Notes: a model not told the origin generated them from the sequence alone. 24,000 nt of DNA from Candidatus Hestiella sp. (GCA_015522625.1 WALX01000133.1:35723-59722), one strand, 5' to 3'. Numbered from the stretch's first letter, positions 8,467 to 17,487 are shown. Numbers and translations are program-made.

Positions 8467-8857
8467 ATGCATTGTCTTAGACACAGGAGCTTTCTTAACG
8501 GCGTTCGTAACAGAAACCCCTCTCATCTCATTTACTACCCCTGGTGTTATAAATGAAATCAAGGACTGTTCTTCTAAAAAAATTCTTGAGGTGGTCCTTG
8601 CCGCAAAAAAAGTCTCCATTTTGGAAGCGAACAATGACTACAAACAAGAAGTAATTAAAGTAGCCAAGAATATGAGGTTAAATGGAAAGTTGAGCGCTGT
8701 AGACGTTGAGGTGCTTGCATTATCCTATTGCTTAAAAAAGGAGTCAGGAGAGGTCTATATAGCTACAGATGACTATGCAATACAGAAAATGGCAGTAGCC
8801 CTGGGGATAAAGGTAATAAAAATAAAGTATCCTGGGATCAGAGAATTGAAAGGCTAG
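8429..8857 (+). CDS. PIN-domain protein, Nob1-like endonuclease N-terminal domain without a zinc ribbon
   Basis: 142 aa with the archaeal Nob1 PIN pattern: CIVLDTGAFL, TTPGVINEIKD, LSAVDVEVLALS and IATDDYAIQKMAVALGI. It overlaps the nadK 3' end by 38 nt, so the true start may be further downstream. No CxxC pairs occur at the C-terminus. Confidence 0.7.
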   Translation: MKGCSTGCSYIGKCIVLDTGAFLTAFVTETPLISFTTPGVINEIKDCSSKKILEVVLAAKKVSILEANNDYKQEVIKVAKNMRLNGKLSAVDVEVLALSYCLKKESGEVYIATDDYAIQKMAVALGIKVIKIKYPGIRELKG

Positions 8858-8868
8858 AGCAAAGAAAC

Positions 8869-10161
8869 CTAGGGGTTTCTGTACGTGTTTGACCTAAGGT
8901 CGAAGTAGGAGGCACCTTCTATCTTTACTAGCAATCTCCTACCAATAAGGCCTTCGTCTCCGTCTATGGCTACAGGAAAATAGTTCTGCATCCTACCTAC
9001 AACATAGGATTTTTTAAAACCCCTTGAAGTCACTAAGACCTCCTCTTCCCTACCTATGTAGGTTCTGTAAATCTTCTCTGCTTCTTCGCGTATTATTTGA
9101 TTTAACATTCCACTCCTTTTCTTCTTTATGGGCTCTGGCACTTGTTGCATCGAAGCTGACTTTGTCCTAGGCCTTATGCTATACTGGGCTAGGTACACCC
9201 TTTCAAACTTGAGTTCTCTGACTAACCTAGTAGTGTTGTTAAAAGACTCCTCGTCTTCACCAGGATGACCAACAATTATATCTGTTGCAAAAAGCGAGCT
9301 GGGGAATTTAGCTTTAATTTTCCTGTGGAGATCCTTAAATTCCTCTACAGAATAATCCCTGTTCATTACCTTCAAAAGGTTCTCATCGCCTGATTGAACT
9401 GGTATGTGAAAGAACTTAAACACCCTATCATCCCTGTATAGCTCTAAAAGGCTATCTATTATTTCCACTGACCTGTTCGGTGTCATCATACCTATCCTTA
9501 TTCTGTAATCTCCGTCAATCCTATCTATTATCATAGAAATAAGTTCGTCAAGCCTCGTTTTTGGTACAAGGTCAAGTCCATATGCTGCTGTATCCTGTCC
9601 TGTAAGCCTTATTTCTTTTACACCATTTTTCACGAGCTCTTGAACTGTATCTACTACAAGGCGAGGCCTATAAGACCTTAAGGTTCTTCTGGCAAGTTTT
9701 GTTATGCAAAAGCTGCAATTATCGAGGCATCCTTCTGCTATCATTATCGTTGCAGTGCTATCCCTGCTAGGAGGAATGAACATTTTTTCGTTATCTCTCT
9801 CCCCGTTAAGCAATATCACCTTTTTATTGGACTCAACAACATCTAGTATTTTTGAAACATTTTGGGGGGAAATGAGGCTGGCATCTGGCAACGTTCTTTC
9901 AACAAGTGATGGCCTAGCCTTAACAAGACACCCAGATATGACAATTTTCGATTTCGTCGAGTAATTCTTTATCTCCTTCAGCCTTTTAATTATTTTAGCC
10001 TCTGTATCTAGCCTTACGGCACAGGTATTAACAATGACAATTTCTGCCTCATCTATGTTACTTGTCATTCTGTAGCCGTTGGAGTCCAAGAGGTAGATCA
10101 TAGTATTGCTATCGAAATGAGATAGTGGACAACCATATGTTTCAATATAATATTTCTTCAT
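8869..10161 (-). CDS. MiaB-like tRNA methylthiotransferase, archaeal/eukaryotic type (e-MtaB/CDKAL1-like)
   Basis: 430 aa. The N-terminal UPF0004 domain reads YIETYGCPLSHFDS...VNTCAV. The radical SAM motif is AEGCLDNCSFCITK. The C-terminal part is TRAM-like. Confidence 0.85.
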   Translation of the reverse strand: MKKYYIETYGCPLSHFDSNTMIYLLDSNGYRMTSNIDEAEIVIVNTCAVRLDTEAKIIKRLKEIKNYSTKSKIVISGCLVKARPSLVERTLPDASLISPQNVSKILDVVESNKKVILLNGERDNEKMFIPPSRDSTATIMIAEGCLDNCSFCITKLARRTLRSYRPRLVVDTVQELVKNGVKEIRLTGQDTAAYGLDLVPKTRLDELISMIIDRIDGDYRIRIGMMTPNRSVEIIDSLLELYRDDRVFKFFHIPVQSGDENLLKVMNRDYSVEEFKDLHRKIKAKFPSSLFATDIIVGHPGEDEESFNNTTRLVRELKFERVYLAQYSIRPRTKSASMQQVPEPIKKKRSGMLNQIIREEAEKIYRTYIGREEEVLVTSRGFKKSYVVGRMQNYFPVAIDGDEGLIGRRLLVKIEGASYFDLRSNTYRNP

Positions 10162-10205
10162 GGTTCGACCCCCTATTAATGCCTAAAGCACCCTAATTAA
10201 ACACC

Positions 10206-10781
10206 CTATTGATGCCGACCAACCCTCTTTTCAAAGAACTTTGGAAACCTAACGCCCTTCTGCCCCTTATAACTTCCATTATACGGCCTTTCTGAAGGTG
10301 TCTCCATCTTAACTAAAACTAGATGTAGGAACCTCTCACCAGCATATAGCCTTACTGGAAACTCACTTCCTATCACTTCTATGGTAAGCTCCCCTTCAAA
10401 TCCAGCATCAGCAACCGTACTTGGTATATAAATTCCTGTCCTTGCCCATGTGCTCCTTAGGTTAACGAGCCCTACAAGATAGGAAGGTAGCCTTATATAT
10501 TCCGTTGTATGCAAAAGGTAGTGTCTTTGAGGCATTATAGTAAAGCTACCTGACTTCCTGCACTCATAAAAGTCCGTTGGTGGCAAAGGATTGTGGGGAT
10601 CTAGTTCCTTTTCTGTTTTCTTAAACTCGCAGTATTCGTCTCCTAGCCTCAGGTCAAGACCATTCTCTCTTATCGTATCCGGTTTAATGGGCTCTATAGC
10701 CAGCTCTTTTGACCTGAGTAGCACGTTTATGTCCCTATCGCTCAATATCAAGCTAATCCCCGTAGAAAATAGTGATGGCAA
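10206..10781 (-). CDS. dcd: dCTP deaminase family protein (possibly bifunctional dCTP deaminase/dUTPase)
   Basis: 191 aa. It has ILSDRDI near the N-terminus and a trimeric dUTPase-like fold pattern (GLDLRLG, VADAGFEGELTIEV). The track start is TTG at 10781. TTG at 10751 would give the canonical MILSDRDI start. Confidence 0.85.
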   Translation of the reverse strand: MPSLFSTGISLILSDRDINVLLRSKELAIEPIKPDTIRENGLDLRLGDEYCEFKKTEKELDPHNPLPPTDFYECRKSGSFTIMPQRHYLLHTTEYIRLPSYLVGLVNLRSTWARTGIYIPSTVADAGFEGELTIEVIGSEFPVRLYAGERFLHLVLVKMETPSERPYNGSYKGQKGVRFPKFFEKRVGRHQ

Positions 10782-10887
10782 GGTTTAAAGCTCATTTATT
10801 CCTTGCCCAATATTACCACTATAGATAGTAATCTGGCCGGAAGCATTTGTATTCCAGCGAAACCCTTTAAAATACCCCTATATCAAT

Positions 10888-11301
10888 ATGAGCAATGGTG
10901 GTAATGTGAACAGCAGGCTTGCTGAGGGCTTTGGAGCCCTAATAAAAGGGGTCTCTAATAGCAAGAAATACAAGAAAATAATGGTATTAGTGGCATTCAT
11001 TTCAATAGTTGCAGCCCTTTTTACGGGAGTAGCTATATCTCATGCAGCCACTTCTTCCGCAAAATCTACGGCAGTCTCATCAACAAGCATTTCCGGGAAA
11101 GCAATAGGGTCTGGACTTGCTATAGGCTTAGCCGGAATCGGTGGTGGAATCGGCGTTGGGGTGGCTGGTGCAGCAGCCATAAGTGCAGTAGCTGAAAACA
11201 GGGAAATGTTTGGTACTGCATTCATATTCGTGGTACTTGGTGAGGGTATAGCCATTTACGGACTACTCGTTGCCATAATTATATTGTTCGTCCTTCCGTA
11301 G
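10888..11301 (+). CDS. atpK: A/V-type ATP synthase proteolipid (subunit K/c)
   Basis: 137 aa. The C-terminal hairpin GSGLAIGLAGIGGGIGVGVAGAAAISAVAENREMFGTAFIFVVLGEGIAIYGLLVAIIILFV includes the conserved carboxylate Glu (LGEGIAIYG). An extra N-terminal helix or extension is present, so the start may be internal (MVLVAF). Confidence 0.85.
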   Translation: MSNGGNVNSRLAEGFGALIKGVSNSKKYKKIMVLVAFISIVAALFTGVAISHAATSSAKSTAVSSTSISGKAIGSGLAIGLAGIGGGIGVGVAGAAAISAVAENREMFGTAFIFVVLGEGIAIYGLLVAIIILFVLP

Positions 11302-11410
11302 CTTGGAGACACAAGCCTCTGCCTCCAAACTTTTTTACACAACATCAATCTCCTTCAGCTTTTAACAACCCTTAATAACCCATCTTATTTTATTTTTTAA
11401 AAGAAATCGG

Positions 11411-12871
11411 GTGAGGGAAATGATCCGGCCAAAAAAGAGCAGGCTAATTTCAAGCTTTTCCGAATGGTTCGACTCTGTGTTGAGAAAGGCTGAGGTTTAT
11501 GACTATGGTAGGTATCCAGTAAAGGGCATGGGTGTTTGGCTCCCCTATGGTTTTCAGATTAGAAAAAAGATAATAGAGAAAATAAGGGATCTTCTCGATG
11601 AGACCAGCCATGAAGAAGTGCTTTTCCCCCTCTTAATTCCTGATTGGATGCTTAAAAAGGAAGGCGAGCACATAAGGGGCTTTGAGGACGAGGTTTATTG
11701 GATAACCCATGGTGGGCTAGAAGAACTTGACCAGAAATTGGCCCTCAGACCAACAAGCGAAACAATAATCACCTATTATGAATCGCTTTGGTATCAGAGC
11801 TATAGGCAGCTTCCAAAGAAGCTCTACCAAATAGTTAGCATGTTTAGGTACGAGACAAAGGCGACAAGGGCGCTAATTAGGCTGAGAGAGGTCACAACAT
11901 TTAAAGAGGCGCATACCCTGCACGAGAATTATTATGATGCTGAAAGGCAAGCGAGGGAGGCTATTGAAATATACAAGGAGTTCTTTGATACCCTAAAAAT
12001 ACCCTATTTAATTTCTAAGAGACCTGATTGGGATAAATTTGCAGGGGCTCTGTATACGATAGCATTTGACACGCTTCTACCTGATGGGAAAACCTTGCAA
12101 ATAGGAACAGTGCACCACCTTGGACAGAGCTTCCCTAAGGCATTTAACTTCAAAATACAGCTAAAAGATGGTTCATACGATCATCCATGGCAAACTAGCT
12201 ACGGGATTAGCGATAGGGTATTGGCAACACTAATAGCAATACATGGTGATGATAATGGATTAGTGCTACCACCTAGCATAGCGCCCCTTCAGGTAGTAGT
12301 AGTTCCCATAATACCTAGCAATAAAGGAATCAAGGGCGACGTAAACAAATATGCAATAGTCATTGTGGACGAGTTGAATAAAAATGGTATAAAGGTCAAA
12401 CTAGATGATAGGGAAGACATGACGCCGGGTGAAAAGTATTATTACTGGGATTCGAAGGGTGTACCTCTGAGGATAGAAATAGGTGAAAGAGAGTTCAGAG
12501 AGAACACAGCAACAATAGTCAGGAGAGATACGCTGGAAAAGAGGGTCGTTAATAGGGAGGGATTAATCGAAGAAGTAAAAGTGACTATGAAAATGATATC
12601 ACAAAACCTATATGATACTGCGTGGGAAAATATGAAGAAAAGGATTCATAGGGTTGATACACCAGAAGAGGCAAAACAGCTTTTAAACAAGAAGGAAGGC
12701 ATTGTGGAAATTCCATGGTGTGGAAGAGAAGAATGTGCACTAAAGATAATGGATTCTATTGATGCTAAAAGCCTAGGAACACCGTGGCCTAGCGAGAAAA
12801 TAAACGGAGGAAAATGCCCTATTTGCGGAAGGCATGCCGTAACAGTCATGAGGTATGCCAGGCAATATTAG
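11411..12871 (+). CDS. proS: Prolyl-tRNA synthetase, archaeal/eukaryotic type
   Basis: 486 aa with class II motifs (LRPTSET, FRYE...[13 protein letters not shown]) and an anticodon-binding domain. The C-terminal Zn-type module (CGREEC...CPICG) is typical of archaeal ProRS. The start is GTG at 11411 or ATG at 11420. Confidence 0.92.
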   Translation: MREMIRPKKSRLISSFSEWFDSVLRKAEVYDYGRYPVKGMGVWLPYGFQIRKKIIEKIRDLLDETSHEEVLFPLLIPDWMLKKEGEHIRGFEDEVYWITHGGLEELDQKLALRPTSETIITYYESLWYQSYRQLPKKLYQIVSMFRYETKATRALIRLREVTTFKEAHTLHENYYDAERQAREAIEIYKEFFDTLKIPYLISKRPDWDKFAGALYTIAFDTLLPDGKTLQIGTVHHLGQSFPKAFNFKIQLKDGSYDHPWQTSYGISDRVLATLIAIHGDDNGLVLPPSIAPLQVVVVPIIPSNKGIKGDVNKYAIVIVDELNKNGIKVKLDDREDMTPGEKYYYWDSKGVPLRIEIGEREFRENTATIVRRDTLEKRVVNREGLIEEVKVTMKMISQNLYDTAWENMKKRIHRVDTPEEAKQLLNKKEGIVEIPWCGREECALKIMDSIDAKSLGTPWPSEKINGGKCPICGRHAVTVMRYARQY

Positions 12872-13043
12872 CCTCATTTTTAGAGGCAAAACAAAAACAA
12901 AGAAAGCTCAGAGGGCTCCTTGTCGACATCTATTTTCCGAGTCCACCACACTCTTCATTGCGAGAAGAATGGTTCCAAAGGGGTTTTAAATATATTTAAC
13001 CAATATGAGTAATTATGTTGGTTAACAACAAATTTCATTTAAT

Positions 13044-13697
13044 TTAATTGGCTTCAAAACCCTCAACGCCTACTAAAGGTACAAACAAGACTGATATGTC
13101 ATATTTTATGCTTAATTCGTGGTCCTGATGCTTATAGACTACTGCAAGCCTCTGCTCATATTTGCCTCCAACAGGCAACACTGCTATCCCGCCTTCTTTT
13201 AGCTGTTCTCCAACAAAGCTTGGTATTCTAGGGCATGCAGCCGTGATGATAATCCTATCGTATGGCTGGCCTTCTTTAAAGCCTATAGAACCATCACCAA
13301 CTACTAGGGTTACATATTGCAGTAGATCAACTTCCTTTAGTTTCTCCCTAGCCATATCTGAGAGCTCTCTAACCCTTTCTATAGACCACACGTGCCCTTG
13401 TTCCTTTACAAGGTATGCAATTATTGCTGTCTGATATCCGGAGCCCGTTCCTACTTCCAATACCTTCAATCCCTCAGCAAGTTGAAGTAGCTCCGTCATA
13501 TATGCTACAATGCTTGGCGCACTAATGGTTTGCCCATAGCCTACAGGTAGAGGTATATCATCATATGCCTTGTGTAAATATTTTTCTGGGACAAAAATAG
13601 ACCTATCTATCTCAAGCATAGCCCTTTCTACCCTCTCTGACCTTATATAGCCTTCCTTTTTCAATTTCTCTATTAGCTTCTTCTGTGAACCTCTCAA
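13044..13697 (-). CDS. pcm: Protein-L-isoaspartate O-methyltransferase
   Basis: 217 aa. It has GQTISAPSIVAYM, the SAM motif VLEVGTGSGYQTA, and the DRIIITAA and VLPVG motifs. The start codon is TTG. Confidence 0.9.
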   Translation of the reverse strand: MRGSQKKLIEKLKKEGYIRSERVERAMLEIDRSIFVPEKYLHKAYDDIPLPVGYGQTISAPSIVAYMTELLQLAEGLKVLEVGTGSGYQTAIIAYLVKEQGHVWSIERVRELSDMAREKLKEVDLLQYVTLVVGDGSIGFKEGQPYDRIIITAACPRIPSFVGEQLKEGGIAVLPVGGKYEQRLAVVYKHQDHELSIKYDISVLFVPLVGVEGFEAN

Positions 13698-13734
13698 AAA
13701 CCCCCACCGCTGATACTTCCAAGCCGCTAACTCC

Positions 13735-14649
13735 CTAAAACTTTAGACCGACACTCTCAAGCATTTTTGATACCATAAAATGAGGAATTCTGCTCAACAT
13801 GCCCTTCTCCACGTTGTTAGGGAAGCAGTTCACCACACTAGAAGTATGATTAACTATTGTACCCAAAGTTTTAATGCCCTTTCTTATTATATCATCTTCG
13901 CTTTCATCACGATTGTTTGTTGTTACCCATTTCTCGAACAATATTTCTCCCGGGTCGAGCTTTTCTTTTTCTCCCTTTAAATATGAATAGTAGTCGCTTA
14001 TGTCATCAGCTATTTGATAAGCTATCCCTAGCTTGTTCCCATAGGTTTCCGCATTACTTATAACCACCTTGTTTTTTGCCGCAATCGCCCCTAAAACTGT
14101 CGAGAGGCTAAAGAGGGAGGCAGTTTTTAATTTAATAATTTCTATGTAATCGGAGGGTTTTAACTTAAGGTAAGCATACGCATCTAGTATTTCTCCTCTG
14201 ACCATTGACTCCCACGCCTTTATGCTGTATTTTATTGCTTCAAAGCCATAGTTTTGTATTATCCTTTGCGCAACAGGAATAAGCAAGAGGCTCGTGAGGG
14301 CTGTTTTCCCTACGCCATAGATTACCCAGCTCGAAAGCTTCCCCCTCCTCTTTACATCCTTATCTATTATGTCGTCCATAGCCAAGCTTGCTGCATGAAC
14401 AATTTCTATAGCGACAGCAGCATCCGAGGCCTTTTCAATAGTACCCCCTAAGGATTCTGCAAACAATACCGTAAGAAAACCTCTAAACATTTTTCCTCCT
14501 TTTGCCAAGTAGTAGGGGATGCTTTCAATCCCTAGGTCTTCGATCGACCTTGTAGTATCTTCTAGCTTTGGTTCAAGGTACTCCCTTACCTTCTCCCATC
14601 TTTCTATAATCATAGTATCGACGTCTTGCATTGCTTTCTCTTCACTCAC
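13735..14649 (-). CDS. trans-Polyprenyl diphosphate synthase (GGPP-synthase family; product chain length uncertain)
   Basis: 304 aa with a GTG start. The first Asp-rich motif is HAASLAMDDIIDKD and the second is YQIADDISD. The residues at -4/-5 from the first motif are Ser/Ala, which are small. The gene lies 37 nt upstream of pcm on the same strand. Confidence 0.85.
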   Translation of the reverse strand: MSEEKAMQDVDTMIIERWEKVREYLEPKLEDTTRSIEDLGIESIPYYLAKGGKMFRGFLTVLFAESLGGTIEKASDAAVAIEIVHAASLAMDDIIDKDVKRRGKLSSWVIYGVGKTALTSLLLIPVAQRIIQNYGFEAIKYSIKAWESMVRGEILDAYAYLKLKPSDYIEIIKLKTASLFSLSTVLGAIAAKNKVVISNAETYGNKLGIAYQIADDISDYYSYLKGEKEKLDPGEILFEKWVTTNNRDESEDDIIRKGIKTLGTIVNHTSSVVNCFPNNVEKGMLSRIPHFMVSKMLESVGLKF

Positions 14650-15083
14650 GCCGTTGCACCTAACCCCATATATTTTTTACTTTTGGAGTTTATTAATATG
14701 TATTCAATATTACCGTATTTTTCTCAGCTTTTGACTATTATAAATTCCTCCATGGAAATGGAATAAGGGGTAATGGGCTGGAGACCCAGTCGGACTAAAC
14801 CCCAAAAAAGGGATGTAACCTCGAACCTCCCTGCCTTATCAACACCAAGAACTTTCAGCCTTTAGGACGGGAGGAGATCAGCAAGAAAAACCATTGGGCT
14901 ATTAGGTAAAATAACCATTTTAGTTCATCACTAATACCGTCTAATAAAGCCTCGAAAAAGCACCAAAAATGAATTGGTCGAGATTTAAATATTTAGAGGC
15001 CAATCATCCACAGAGTACGTTACAGTTTCTCGAGTAAAGGTTTTTATAGGTCTGTGTAGGTCATTTTATTCTGGAGACGACCT

Positions 15084-15716
15084 GTGGAACGACATTACAA
15101 TACAAGGGAGGTATGTGAAATATTAGGTATTGCTAACCGCACTCTCCGCAGGTGGATTAAGGAAGGTAAGGTAAGAGCAGTTAATGTTGATGGAAGGTGG
15201 AGGATACCTGAAAGTGAGATTAAGAGGCTTCTTGGTCACTCGGTAGAAAAAATATCAGCTCCTAAGATTGCTCGTGTAATAATCTATACTCGTGTAAGTA
15301 AAGCTAACCAGGAGAAGGAATTAGAAAATCAAATAGAAGCGTTAAAGAAGCATGTAGAGAAGAACAGTTGGAAGTTGGTGGGAATAGTTAAGGATGTTAC
15401 AAGTGGTCTCAAAGAGGATAGAAGAGGATTATGGAAGCTAGTAGAGATGGCTAGAAGACACGAGTTCGATATATTGCTAGTTGCTTACAGAGATAGATTG
15501 ACGAGGTTTGGATTCAAGTATCTTGAAGAATTATTCAAGTCTCATGGAGTAAAGATAGTTATTGCTTTCCAGGAGCAACCAAAAGACTTCTACCAAGAAC
15601 TTGTTGAGGATTTAATTGAAATAGTTACATCCTTCGCATATAGAATCTATGGCAAACGTAGTCATAAGTATAGGAAGGTGGTGGAAGCTGTTGAACAGGC
15701 AGTCAAAGACCGTTGA
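15084..15716 (+). CDS. tnpA: IS607-family transposase TnpA (serine recombinase with an N-terminal MerR-type HTH)
   Basis: 210 aa with a GTG start. The HTH reads YNTREVCEILGIANRTLRRWIKEGKV. The resolvase catalytic region is VIIYTRVSKANQEKELENQ, followed by LLVAYRDRLTRFG. Confidence 0.9.
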   Translation: MERHYNTREVCEILGIANRTLRRWIKEGKVRAVNVDGRWRIPESEIKRLLGHSVEKISAPKIARVIIYTRVSKANQEKELENQIEALKKHVEKNSWKLVGIVKDVTSGLKEDRRGLWKLVEMARRHEFDILLVAYRDRLTRFGFKYLEELFKSHGVKIVIAFQEQPKDFYQELVEDLIEIVTSFAYRIYGKRSHKYRKVVEAVEQAVKDR

Positions 15717-16623
15717 GAGGACTGTAGTACCGGTGTCGTTACCATTAACTAGGTCGAGACTAGAAGCTCTTAACTATATCTATCAAGTCTACGGCAGGAT
15801 ACTGGCAGAGACATTAGAATATATGTGGAAGAGCAACATACCTTCTGTGGTGTTCACTAAAGAAGTGGGGCCTAAAGGCAAGACTGGTTCAATAAAGGTT
15901 TATGGTATTGACGTTAACGAAAATAATGTAACAATTTACGCTTACCCAGACAATAAGGCTATCACAATAGTAACTGACTTCTCCAAGGTAGTTCTTGGTT
16001 ATGCCTATAGAAGGGCTAGGATTCAGCAGAAATGGAGTCAGCAATATGGTGTTAAGGTCAATAGAAGGTTGAGAGTTGCACTAAGGAAGTTTAGGGAGAA
16101 GAATGTTAAGAAGAATGCCAAGTTAAGGCTCGCTAAAATCATTATCGATATTATTAAGGATGACATAGCAGTACTTGAGAACCTACCGAAGAAGTTCCAA
16201 GACAAAGCTATAGAAAGAAGCAATCATCTTAATGAGTTAGATGTACATAGATTAAAGCAGCCAAACATTCAGGGTATCCAGAAACTGATTATTGAGAGAC
16301 TTGAGAGACACAACATGCCTTACGTAATGGTTAATCCTAGGGGAACTTCCTCTACATGCCCGTTTTGTGATTCTAAACTTGTTCTGATAACAGGCTATGT
16401 CCAGAGGAATTGGTGGAAGCCAAGAATGATGAAGTGCTCCAGGTATGGTTCCGTCGAGGACAGGAACATCATAGGAGCCATGAACATAGCTAAGAGGTAC
16501 CTCCTAGATGTGAGACACGTGCCGTTTGTCCCGAAGGGTGCCCATGACTCCCATGTGGTTTGTAATTATGATGAAGCATGGGCTAAAGCACAACCCGTTC
16601 TAGTGAGACCTATAATGACCTAG
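15649..16623 (+). CDS. tnpB: TnpB (OrfB) RuvC-like nuclease, unusually short with a degraded zinc finger; possibly a decayed copy
   Basis: 324-aa ORF. The RuvC motifs are YGIDVNENN (D88), IAVLENL (E177) and VEDRNIIGAMNIAKR (D271), with D-E and E-D spacings of 89 and 94 aa. The zinc finger has CPFC but then CSRY, so its fourth Cys is lost. The ATG at 15649 lies 68 nt inside tnpA; alternative in-frame starts are TTG 15691 and GTG 15733. Confidence 0.8.
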   Translation: MANVVISIGRWWKLLNRQSKTVERTVVPVSLPLTRSRLEALNYIYQVYGRILAETLEYMWKSNIPSVVFTKEVGPKGKTGSIKVYGIDVNENNVTIYAYPDNKAITIVTDFSKVVLGYAYRRARIQQKWSQQYGVKVNRRLRVALRKFREKNVKKNAKLRLAKIIIDIIKDDIAVLENLPKKFQDKAIERSNHLNELDVHRLKQPNIQGIQKLIIERLERHNMPYVMVNPRGTSSTCPFCDSKLVLITGYVQRNWWKPRMMKCSRYGSVEDRNIIGAMNIAKRYLLDVRHVPFVPKGAHDSHVVCNYDEAWAKAQPVLVRPIMT

Positions 16624-16647
16624 GATGGGAAACAGTCACGCTAATTA

Positions 16648-17376
16648 ATGATAGTGATGATAAATATGAAGAAGGTTGGACCCGGCTTGGATGAAGGATT
16701 TTGGAAGGATTTGGTGAATGAAATAGAAAGGTATTCGCAAAGAGGATGCTATGAAAAAGCAAATAACATAATGAGTTTCTACACCTTAAAAAAACTAAGG
16801 ATTATTGCTTCAAGCCTAGCAGTAGGATCAAAGGTAATAGTAGACGCTGGTAGCGGACCTGGTACCTCAACGTGGTATATAAAACAGGTTAATACCGATT
16901 CCCTCGTTGTTGCTTTAGATCCTTCTTTTGCCATGCTAGAAATAGCAAGGAGTTCTGTGGAAAGTCTAAACCTAGTTAATGGCCTCTTTGAGTACATACC
17001 CATGAAGGAAAATTCCGCAGATTCTGTTATAGCAATGTTTTCGTTCAGGGATGCTAGATTCTACGAAGATGCCATCAAAGAGTTTTCGAGGGTGCTAAGG
17101 CCTGATGGTAAGCTTATAATATTAGATCTTTACAGACCAGAAAATACACTAGAGAAAATCATAGCGTTTTTCCAATTTAATGTCTTCTCTACGATATCTG
17201 GCTTGCTTGCTGGGTGTGGCCTCGACTCCTTTAATTTTAATTACCTATATAAGACCCTAAATAAAATGTTAACCCCGAAAGAGCTACTGGTCATGACAAA
17301 AAAATATTTTAGAAACGCAGTTTTCAAAAAGTTACCCGTATTAGTGGGAATACTATATGCAATGAATCCTCTTTAG
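16648..17376 (+). CDS. Class I SAM-dependent methyltransferase, UbiE/MenG-like
   Basis: 242 aa with SAM motif I VIVDAGSGPGTST and the post-I ALDPS. The downstream segment VLRPDGKLIILD is typical of the UbiE/COQ5 group. ATG 16666 (MKKVGPG) is the more likely true start. Confidence 0.75.
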   Translation: MIVMINMKKVGPGLDEGFWKDLVNEIERYSQRGCYEKANNIMSFYTLKKLRIIASSLAVGSKVIVDAGSGPGTSTWYIKQVNTDSLVVALDPSFAMLEIARSSVESLNLVNGLFEYIPMKENSADSVIAMFSFRDARFYEDAIKEFSRVLRPDGKLIILDLYRPENTLEKIIAFFQFNVFSTISGLLAGCGLDSFNFNYLYKTLNKMLTPKELLVMTKKYFRNAVFKKLPVLVGILYAMNPL

Positions 17377-17487
17377 TTTAGCTAGCAATATATTTGCACC
17401 AGCTATTACCAGCTATTATTAGTAACCCAAGAAACTGTCGCTAGTCCTCCAGCCAAAAGCTGCCCAAATATTATCAAGGTCCAAATA

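Larger units (their letters stand above)
15084..16623 (+). mobile_element. IS607-type insertion sequence (IS200/IS605 superfamily tnpB partner); coordinates give the gene span only and the true ends are unresolved
   Basis: A serine-recombinase tnpA with a MerR-like HTH overlaps tnpB, which is the hallmark IS607 organisation. I could not identify terminal inverted repeats or direct repeats, as expected for this family. Confidence 0.8.

Noticed and set aside
12814-12999. 61-aa + strand ORF after proS
   Set aside because: It overlaps the proS 3' end out of frame and continues into the convergent spacer. It has no supporting features. The short hairpin gcctc-attttta-gaggc (12871-12887) with a T-run is more likely a termination region.
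14826-14874. Imperfect hairpin cctccctgcc...ggacgggagg upstream of tnpA, considered as an H/ACA or IS-end structure
   Set aside because: Only 8 of 10 stem pairs form, with a 2x2 mismatch. The 29-nt interior has no upper stem or K-turn, and no ACA box sits at a correct distance on either strand. Its function remains undetermined.
15051-15062. 12-nt identity (tctgtgtaggtc) between the IS607 upstream region and repeat U1 (1280-1291)
   Set aside because: A 12-mer match is expected by chance many times in 24 kb on two strands, and the flanking sequence does not align. The 11-mer ttagttcatca shared between about 14925 and U3 falls under the same reasoning.
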